Shown: one piece after another, positions 54,501-64,000 of the stretch
Numbering within the stretch: the first letter of the stretch is position 1
How the letters are laid out: the number at the start of each line of letters is the position of its first letter
NCBI RefSeq assembly: GCF_964204865.1
Contig: NC_135253.1
Coordinates: forward strand, 5,208,001-5,272,000
Source of the DNA: Styela clava
Taxonomy: Eukaryota
Direction of reading: 5' to 3'
DNA: 64,000 bases
The notes under the pieces: model-generated
The model's database searches: none
The model's input: only the letters and a program-made list of their open reading frames with translations
Told to the model about the DNA's origin: nothing
Made by a program: the position numbers and the translations under genes

Positions 54501-57500
54501 AGTTTGCAAAAATCAAAACACAAACAATTATTTTTCACTCAATTGGTCACTGACGTACGGAGCGGTGGAAGAGCGTTTGAGAAGTCGTTGCATTCGTGGT
54601 TTCCTGGTTAATTAAATATCTTTTGACATTAAATACGGTTGAGAAAAATAGGCCAAGGTTTTTTCCTAAGAGAGAAAAGCCGATAACATTATTACATGAC
54701 CCATTCCTATGAAAAGTAATGACTTCTGGCCCGTTAGAGCATTTTAGCAAGGACTAAGACTATTGTAGTGATAGCAAACTACAGATGTTGAATGATAATA
54801 TTAAAAATAAATGGTGGGTCAACTATACAGTCTAAGAAAATCGTTTTATTTACCTCATACAGTATATGAAATATCTGATGTGCAACTAAATATATTTATC
54901 AAATAACTTACTGGCTTTCTTCTGGTTTTGATAGCTCCACTAGTGTCTGGCCTAGATTCTGAAATAAAAAATAATATTGTTACAAAAGCTGCAATAAATA
55001 AAAAATTAGTAATAGGTTTTGAACAAAATTTTAATTTTTTCAAAATCTAAACCTATATCTTGATACTATGCCACGTTCTTGTGCAATATTCCCCCATATC
55101 ATAGTTTTGGTATTTATGCTGGAAAATCAACATAAAACTAACCAATTTCAATATTGATGCTTCCACAACAGTTTTGATCTCATATACTAACTTGGAATGA
55201 ATATTTTCTTATAATATGAGCGATTTTTACGAATTATAAATAAAAATATTCAAACTTTTGTAACTTACTACTCCATTTTCAGGGGGATCCCCGTTTCCAA
55301 AAGTACTTGTGACAACCAACAAAAGAGTTTCATGTTCCAAGTGTACAATATCATAATCGTCCATGCAGACAACCTATTAGAAAAAAAAGTTTGAGTCTTT
55401 GTAACAACTGGGCCAGGGTTCCTCAAACTGTCTTGCTGTATTACTTGTCTTTTTATTTATTTAATGGGTTGCATTGATTAAATCCCCAATGAAGATGCGT
55501 TAAAATTGGGTATTTTTATTGAAAAGCAGGGGACATGTGTTGAAAGTATTTGCGGGCGGATGGTATCATGAGGATTTGAGAACCACTAAACTACACGTTT
55601 GTCAATTTTTCCAAGTGTAGGTGATATAGACAAGTTTTCACTTATGCCAAGTTTTTACTGATTATTGAGAGAGAATTTGAGGATTTGTCAAGTCTCTAAT
55701 ATCAAACCGGACTACAAAATATCTACAGGATAGGGACGCCGCGTAAGAAAATACATTTATTAGGATACGTCAAAAAGTTTGCCAACAAAATTTTCAATGT
55801 TTCAACGTATTTAATGAGCAATTTGTAATTTAACTCAACCCCGGAGTAAACTTGTTTTGGTACTCCTGAAGTATGCGCACCAAGATGTCGCATAACCTGA
55901 ACCCTAACCTGGTACACAACCTGAGTTCAGGTTGTGCGCCATCTTGGTGCGCATACTTCAGGAGGTCCCTTGTTTTAATAAAATTAAAATTCATATTGCA
56001 GTTTTTAGTATAATAATTAAGGATTATTTCTCTGCATTAATGTTCCATTTAAAAAAAAATCCAATTTCAATTATCAGAATTTTCGAAAAAAGCTTTTTTT
56101 TATTGAATCACAAATGTATCCAATTTTGAAGAACTAAATTATTTATACATTTTCAGCCTTCTCTACAAGTGGAATGTCCATTTCCGCATCAAAGACTTAA
56201 ATGGAGACTTTCTAAATTGATTTTACACTGACCATAAAGGAATTTCGAATAACAAAGCGGTTTTCACGGCCCACATGGCGCAATCCCCATTCCAACTATT
56301 CTAATCTTGGTTTTATATATTCAGATAGATACCTTTGCAGCAAAAGCATGGTTGAAAATGTCACACAAAGTCTTCGCATATTCCAATGATTTTCCTGTTT
56401 CAGAAGCATACAAAATTGTTGCTTTCACACGATTCGCCATTGCCTTTCCCATCATGGATGACATAATTAGCACGGACCTGAAATAAGTATCAAGAAAATG
56501 TATCATAACTGGAGTATATGGAAATATTGAATAGTAACAGATATTACGAGTCACGAAATAGTTTCGAACGAGTATAAACATGGCGCATTTATTTCAATTT
56601 TAGTTATATTACGAGTTCGGGGACTAGCCAGATGACTCCCGTAGTATTTGTTCCTTCGGGAGTACCAGTTATTCAATATGCAGTTTAGCGAATTTTGTTT
56701 CCGATTTCTTATCATTGGGAATTTAAAAAATATCAGTGAATTCGAGTACACATCAAATATTAATATGCAATTTTATACCGTATAAGTTGCATGGACATTG
56801 CACACAATACACATATCATATCACATATTGCAAGGTCATACGCACTAACTCAGAAGTAAAGGAGACTCATCTTCGAGTAAGATTGCGAGCGACAACTAAT
56901 ATGCCAAGAGATACTGAAACTACAAATGTACGGAACAGCTTTGCATCTAATTAAAATGAAAAACAGCAAATAAAAAGACACTTTTGGGTATTTCTTCCAT
57001 ACCTAATTTAAAAAAAAAATCTTCGAGCTTCGAGGTGAATTTTAAATGTTAATCTGTTTACATAGCAGTACGACATATGTTCCCAATCAAAGATAAATTT
57101 GAAAGGTATTTTTATTAAAACGACTCACTTTGCAAGCTCTTTGAATCTGATGGCTTTCTTTACTTTGTTGACTTTTCCCTTCCACACATGATATTTCCAT
57201 GGATCAGGCTATAAAAATTATCACATTTATATACGTGCCATATAAGGCAAAACATACACGGTGAGATCGTGCTTAGCATATACACAGCTGGTTCATACTT
57301 CGAAGTATATTTGGAATAAGGCATAATATTTTCATTCCCGTTTTTTTATGAACTTATGAGATCAATTCGTACCTGTATAACACGCTAAACCGGTAACCGG
57401 TAAAATTGTGTTGTCTGCTTATAAGATAACTTTCATTTAACCATTGCATGCCGCGTGCTTGCAAGACGCTTATATGTTGATTCCGAACAATTTCTATGCA

Positions 57501-60500
57501 AGTCTAAGGACCGGGTATAGGAGTACGTATTAATTCAATAAATTGAAGAAGTGGTTAAATATTCCCATAGACGACATACTTGTAACTGGACGACCGACTG
57601 TGGCTTGCGTAGGGGGAAAAAATCCTATCCTTGTATATTCTGACAAGAAAGGCCGCTATATTTTGTGAACCCGATTTCATGATACTCTCTCTACGTGGTG
57701 GCAACCGCGGGCCATACGCATCCAGGTAACAACTCGAGATTCTGATTTATAATTACGATGACCAAAGAGTGAATCCAACTCATTAATTACCTAAAACCTT
57801 TGGGGATGTGAGAGATATACATGCGAGAAATATATATGCAAATGAGCGCATAATTTACAACATTTGTTAAATATTTTTATCGATCCGTTAGTCATTGGTA
57901 ATGCCAATCGACATTAGTGTAGAAATCAAGTCGTTAGTCCTATGCGTGCGACCATGTAATTTAATTTCGGACCTGGCTGGAAGATTTTTAATATAAATTG
58001 ATACTCGGCTAAGTGCCAGACCTTCGAATTAATTTATCAACCTTTTATCTTGGCTTGCACTCAATATTTTTAACATTTGTAAAATGATAGCCCCGTCCAT
58101 AGAAGGCTATTGGGCTGCCAAATGGACGGTAATTTTAATTTTGGAACGGCATCTACATGAGGCATGTAATGCCCATCGAATAAAATCAGTGTTTTATTTA
58201 AAAAGTTGTTCGCTAGATGATTCCACATATCTAGCCTAAATGAAAAATGGTGTTAAATGCACCTAATACCCCATACCTGATATTTACAAGACGGATGAAG
58301 AATATAGTTCAAAACTTCCTGGTGGAATATGGGAGTAATGCTTCCAGAAATGGGCGGGGTTAACCAGACCCAATCACCAGGGCAACCGCCACGTAGCTTC
58401 AATTCATTGGCGTAATGCTTCATGAACGACTGTGTCGCAGAATGATGATCCATTATCGTAACTCTGTCACTCTAAATTATAAAAATAAATGTCATATTGA
58501 ATGTTAATTCATAATACAGGTAACTAGTTCATTGCGCAGCACAAGCTAATAATCTTCTCCAAGATGTAAGAGGTTAAACAAGTTACACTCAGATCGAAAA
58601 ATGCCGAGAGTATTAACGGGTCCTGTTGCACCACCAACATCTAATGTTACTCAATACATATGCCAGGATAAGTTATGTTAGGATATGGTGTCTTCAAGAT
58701 GACAAGATAAAGGTGGGAAAATAACTTAACCTTCCCTACTATTAACATACGAAAACAGATCAAGAAATTAGTGACGGCACAATAATAGAACAGTACATAT
58801 CCATGCATTGAAATTGAAACGTCGGCATCATAAACACTATGTGTCGGGAACCATTGTTAGAACGAAGAGGATTTTCCCACCGCGATGGGGGCTATATTGT
58901 TACCCGAAAATAAAACGTTTCCCGTCGCCTCGTCTTGCGTGACCAAATTGCGTGCGTAATTGACAAACCGCGCAGTGACGCACTCTCCCAGTGCGTCTTC
59001 AACGGATTGCGTTAAACAATGCTCTGTAACACCTGTAACGACTTTGAGTCGAAGACTGTAATCTTGGCATTAAACATGATTAGTTATCATCGGCCATGAA
59101 CGAAATAATACCAAATGCGCATTTTATCAATTGACCATGCCTGGCAAAGTATAATGAACAACTTTGTTTTGATTGCGCAAACCGATCATAAATTGCGTTT
59201 AGGTCACTAAGGCGAAGTAACGATATACCGACTTCTATTATTTCCGAGTTAAAATTAGTACACTTCATGTGGATAAATCTGGCATCATTGAATTACGTAT
59301 ACTCCATCGGTGTAAACAAGCGAGAGAAAACCGGGAGAATTGACGAAAAGGGTGATTGCACGACATCTAGGTAACTATATCATAATAAATCAGGTTTTAG
59401 AAGCGATCGAAATGCCACACATTTTAAATTAAAAATCAGTTCGTGACTTCGTAACGAGGTTCCTAATTAAAAATTCCAATTCTCGAATTGTAAAGTTAAG
59501 TTGTTTCTGAATCGAAAATAAACCTCAACCAAATATGAGAACTAGATAATGGGTACTACAAAAATCTCTAAATCACACTCTGCTAAATGAAATAGATTTA
59601 TATTTTGAAAGACGATAATCTCACGAAGGCACGCATTAACCTTTCTGGTCGATCGTGAAATTATTTTAGTATGAAAGGAGGAAAGTAGCCCTTTACCTGG
59701 AAATGGTAATTAAAATGCCATTAGATTGAGTAAATAGGTTGATCCAATTTACAAGTAAACCGCTATTTTTGCATTTTGAATCTGAGGGTTAGACAATGCA
59801 CGAAGTACGATCGCCGTAATTGCATATTTCGTTATGAAAGTGAAGTATTTCGTTTGTTTTATAATTATTATTTCATAAAGGTATTTTGGTATTATAATTA
59901 ACAAAAGTGGAGACGAACAGAGCAATACGATTAGGCGAAGCAATGTATAACAAACAATGACAATGTATAACCGTTTTGAAAAAGTGATGCGATGAATTAT
60001 ATACCTGGTAACTATGTAAAACGGCAACGTTGAATTCCACCAATGCAATATCCTTCCACAACGATGACGTGTTCCTTGTATCTAAATTCATCTTTTCTGC
60101 TACATCCTGAAACACAAATGTAAATATTACTGAATAGTTCAAACAATACAATGTATACTGTTTTTGTTGCTGTATTCTAAAAAGGGACAATGTCGATTCA
60201 TTCATAATTGAGGTCATAGGCGGATTGAGAGGGTGTCTTAAAATTATCGTTCACCACTTGTAACACTTGTACCACATGTCCCGGTTTTACTACTCACAGA
60301 AATCATCCGGAGAAGACACGAAGATTTTAATAGTACAAAACAAATTACGCGCGCTCCTTGTATGAAATTATTTTGTTTAGATTTGAAAAAATCTTGAAAG
60401 CGTTTTATAAGTTTCAGATCAGATGGTGCCTGGTTCCGAGAGAAGCCAAGCTATCAGCAAAACGATGTATAAAACTAGAATCTCGTGGTAACTTATAACT

Positions 60501-63360
60501 TATATCTTCCCACCTGCAGTACGTTGTACCGAGCAACATCACAAAGATCTCTCGCTATTTCTGTTCCCATAAACCAACCGTTAAATGGTGCGGCAGGAAA
60601 TTCAAGACCACCAATGTCCAGCAAAACATTTGAGACAGCAGGAACTGCACACCATTTGTATCCAAGTTCTTCAAACCATTTGAACCTTGTTATAGATAAA
60701 GTAAAGATATGAATTTTTTTTTATTTCCGCTGTAGATCTGGGAAGCAAGGTAATAGAAGTAACAAAAGCACAAAGAAAATTATATACAAAGTTTACTTCA
60801 GTAGCGTGCACCTAACTTTTCCTTTTTGTATCTGTACGCGTCAGTAGATCCGTATATACACGGATTGCGGATATATATATATATATTAAGTAGTTAAAAG
60901 GTCTTGCATCACAATTTCCCAAATTTTATTTTATTTACAGTTTACAGGTTGCAAGACATCTGTACCCAACGAAATAATATACAACGTAAAATTGCCAAGG
61001 ATTTACACGAGGGGCGGGCAAGTTTTTTAAACCAGGGGCCAAATTTTGCCTACATAGACTGGAGGGCCATGCGTGACGTCAAAAGTTCCCTTTTATGAAC
61101 AATATTTACATTGTTATGAAAGCAAAAGTGGAAAACAATAAGCCTTGTGCCAGAACTAAATTTAATCGCAATCTCAACAAATTCTTTGAGCTATTTTTAG
61201 CTAAAACATCCCAATTTGGTTTTAGTTTGGTTGTGGCAGCATCAGGCGGGCCAGATCGAATTAGCCAACGGGCCGGATTTGGCCCGCGGGCCGTAGTTTG
61301 CCCATGTCAATTTTATACGAAGTGTTATAGTATATGCCAAGGTGTTAAGATACGATTTCTAATAGTACAAATCAATAACTCAATGCGATAAACCTACCTG
61401 GGATGACGCAATTTTACTTCAAGAGCCAAGTCCGGTGGAATTTCGTATATATCAGGATCTTCTCCATTAGCTTGCAGTACCAAAGGTAAGATATCAAATC
61501 TACCAAATTTTGGCTTCCAACCAAGCTTGATACAAACCTAAAATAAAAGAAATAGTAATTATAAATTTAGTAGGCTATGCCAGATCGAAACGATCACAGT
61601 ATTTGGAATCATAGGAACTCTAAAATTACTTCTTATGTGGAGCCTTCTTCGGAGAGTATGTCTTAATACGTTTTTAAAAGAGACGACTCAAGACAAGGCC
61701 ATGCGCACTCACTCGGAAGCAAAGGAATCCCATATCCAAATCCAATTACCAACAAACATTGAAATGGCATTGAAATAATATAGCAATATGGCGGTGCATA
61801 ACGCGATTGCAAATATTCAAAACTGAAGCAACAATCATCAAATTGATCAGGAAAACAATCTATAAAGTATTGAATTTCACGCTAGAGTTTTTAAAACTAG
61901 GAATTGAAACGGAGAAATAGAATAGTGAGCGTATCTTTGTAAAATGAAAAAGTTTTAAAATGCGCCCTCTTGGCCGTTGGCTGCCATTTTTTTACGATGT
62001 TGTTTAACTGAATTACCTCTACGTTATTTTTTAAGAAAAACGGCGATTTCAAATATTTCCAATTTGATACTATTTTATCGAATTATTATACGATAAAAAC
62101 TTTCCGCCTTTTCTTACAAACGGCGCCCGTTACACGAGCTGACATACGCTGGATACGCCACTGAGTGAGTGTGAGTGAGAGGCATAAATTGAGTAGTAAA
62201 TTTGACAATATCTTAATTCAAGTCACGACAAGGTAAATTAATAACAAAACTCTGACATAATGTAATTGAAGTACAATGTGTATATCATACTTATATACAT
62301 AGTGAATATCGGATGACATTAGGGACATGTTTACACGACCACGAAACTAGAATATATTCATTCCAACCATGCTTGGCCGCATGTGTTAAATTAATTAAAA
62401 TGAGAATATTATTCACGAATATCAAACAAATGTGATTAATTGGGAAATAATGATTATGAACTGATAATCAAACAACTCAATATTTAATCGACATGATTAA
62501 TTGATTTTATATACAGCACTTAGCATATTGGAGGAACCTACAACTAACCATCAAAGAATTCAAAGAACTAACTGTTGCCTAATAGTTTTTTCCCTCGATC
62601 GATCAAATATTTGTATCAAAATTTGTACGCAGGGGTACGTGCGCGACAGCCGTCTTGCATGCAAATTTGACGATATAGCTGATTTTAGAGAAAAATGCTA
62701 AATGTCTGTGCATGACTTTAAACTTCCGGCATGAAAACCCATTTAAGAAGTGAGTTATAAATATAATTCTGCACAAATACATGTATGGGATTTAAAATCG
62801 CGTGCGGTTTTCTATTTAATTCTTAAAGTTGTCAAATTTGAAAATCAACATCAAACAGCGTATTTTCATTTGCATCGAATTGCTTTAAAGATGTTGATGT
62901 AGCTTTTTCGTTAAACGTTGTTTCGATGATATTCTGCACCGAGACTTCTCTAGATTCCGAGTATTTCAAAAACTCGAACAAAAAACTCCAATACGTATGA
63001 CAGATTTGGAATAACGGGCTCTATTTAACTCTCTGAAATTCTTATTATTTAGCAATAAACAATATAATACTGAAATGTATAGTAGAAAAAAATGGGACCT
63101 CCAGAAGTATGCGCACCATCCTGCACATCCTGAACATAGTATGTGAGTACCGGTTTGGATTCAGGTTGTGCGACATCTCGGTGCGCATACTTCTGGAGCC
63201 CCAAAATATGAAATGCACCTCCGTAAATTCCACATTTGCAGGATCACCAATTATGCTTCCGTCAGGTTGCCCGTATCCTGCATATCTTATATACTGAGAA
63301 CTCCAGACTCGGAAATCTTTCTTGTAATCCGTTCTTTGAGGAAAAAAGGTGATGCAAGAC
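45565..63360 (-). CDS. NOS: Nitric oxide synthase, constitutive-type (autoinhibitory loop present); 5' exons lie beyond the window
   Basis: Exons 5'->3': 63219-63360 ([14 protein letters not shown]), 61398-61537, 60514-60685, 60005-60106, 58277-58471 (GGCPGDWVW), 57129-57208 and 56333-56477 (CaM site, YASETGKS), 55269-55373 ([12 protein letters not shown]), 54912-54958, 54559-54603, 53214-53354, 52523-52697 ([15 protein letters not shown]), 52290-52437, 52139-52217, 50624-50733, 50459-50542, 49889-50058, 47525-47735 (RYYSISSS), 47055-47142, 46862-46980 ([16 protein letters not shown]), 46599-46747, 46182-46376 (HVYICGD), 45565-45666 ([12 protein letters not shown]). All GT-AG and in phase. 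Confidence 0.97.
45870..45968. mobile_element. Complete GGG-TIR mini-MITE with TTAGGG units
   Basis: GGGTACTCCCGTAG ... CTACAGGAGTACCC; flanks AATCCA / AATCAA. Confidence 0.75.
47880..48090. repeat. Degenerate gtggaacaagt minisatellite
   Basis: Recurrent gt(g/a)gaacaagt units; complementary units at about 48615-48675 and 60255-60280. Confidence 0.6.
48971..49276. mobile_element. hAT MITE, 305-bp family, perfect TSD
   Basis: GTCTAGCT at 48963-48970 and 49277-49284; CAG...CTG ends. Confidence 0.85.
50794..51036 (+). mobile_element. HINE-like element, family 2
   Basis: Same termini and core; 3' hairpin GAGC-ata-GCTC followed by tcttgTT. Confidence 0.7.
51195..51590. mobile_element. hAT(Ac)-like MITE
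   Basis: TAGGGCTGGGCAT / ATGCCCAGCACTA ends with (TCGAA)n subterminal repeats. Confidence 0.7.
52765..52935. repeat. 9/18-bp minisatellite (tgtaccac-like) in a NOS intron
   Basis: Repeated tgtaccac(a/t) units, which account for the Val-rich spurious ORF. Confidence 0.75.
55858..55969. mobile_element. Palindromic GGG-TIR MITE
   Basis: About 40-bp arms (ctcctgaagtatgcgcaccaagatg / catcttggtgcgcatacttcaggag), internal accctaacc, 6-bp duplication TTGTTT. Confidence 0.8.
61009..61310. mobile_element. hAT MITE, 305-bp family
   Basis: Inverted homologue of 48971-49276, CpG-rich. Confidence 0.8.
63094..63202. mobile_element. Palindromic GGG-TIR MITE 16 nt from a NOS splice donor
   Basis: gggacctccagaagtatgcgcacc ... 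ggtgcgcatacttctggagcccc. Confidence 0.8.
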
Positions 63361-64000
63361 CTGAAGATATAAAATTTATATATACCGGATGTACGCAATA
63401 TATTACGTAATAAAAAGCGAAAAGTCTCAGGTTCGAACGTATGCCCTTGATTTCACCCAACGAGGCGTGTTCTGAGTGAGTGCAAGTAAACAAATCATAG
63501 TGAAATAAATTGCTGGGTCATGATTTACTTGCAAAAATGTCGCATGAAATCATCTCTGAAGCACTAAATACATACAAAAGATAGACGGAAAAACAACTTG
63601 ACTTAACCACTATTTACCATGTGAGTAACTCCACACTATGCCAACACAGACAGAATTTATATCTTATTATTAACGTATGTACAAATATTAAAGTAACATC
63701 GCGGTACTCGTGACCTTTCTTTGAGCAAACTTAATTTTACGCGTGGGTAGAAATGTAGTTATCTTCAAAATATATGGAGGTGAAAAAAATACATGTTTTA
63801 TTGTTTAATCCATGAAGTTTTATTAAAATATTTATTTCAGTTGTAATATTCAATAGGTTGAATCGTTAAAGTTTATGAATTTCGAAAAATCGGTTCACTT
63901 CAAATATTTGCCTTCTTTTCTTGGGTTTTAAATTAAATTGAGTTTGGATATTTTTTTGGAAATATATTCGTTTAATTAAACAGACGCTTATTGAAAACGT

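Noticed and set aside
1-64000. CRISPR arrays, rRNA genes or prokaryotic operons
   Set aside because: None seen; the window is intron-rich eukaryotic DNA and its repeats are transposon-derived or minisatellites.

Overview
AT-rich eukaryotic genomic DNA with GT-AG introns; the gene sequences and vertebrate-like NOS intron positions suggest an invertebrate chordate such as a tunicate (inference). Left to right: (1) about 1-8.85 kb, a diverged tandem duplication with degenerate copies of an unknown Cys-rich gene, Helentron-type (HINE) insertions and an adjacent LINE fragment; (2) intronless PPIL3 and three-exon MRPL40 on +, about 0.8 kb apart (possible operon); (3) a USP25/28-family deubiquitinase on - (18252-39435, 23 hand-traced exons) with a candidate alternative first exon; (4) a nitric oxide synthase on - whose 5' part lies beyond the window. 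The best lead is the NOS. It has an apparently duplicated alternative last exon (43484-43570) that would swap the C-terminal regulatory tail, a 45-nt symmetric exon at the nNOS-mu position, and substitutions of both tyrosines near the L-Arg carboxylate plus a one-codon deletion beside the substrate-binding Glu. Many hAT MITEs, SINEs, HINEs and a TTAGGG-containing MITE family are interspersed. All exons were traced by eye and nothing was searched against databases.
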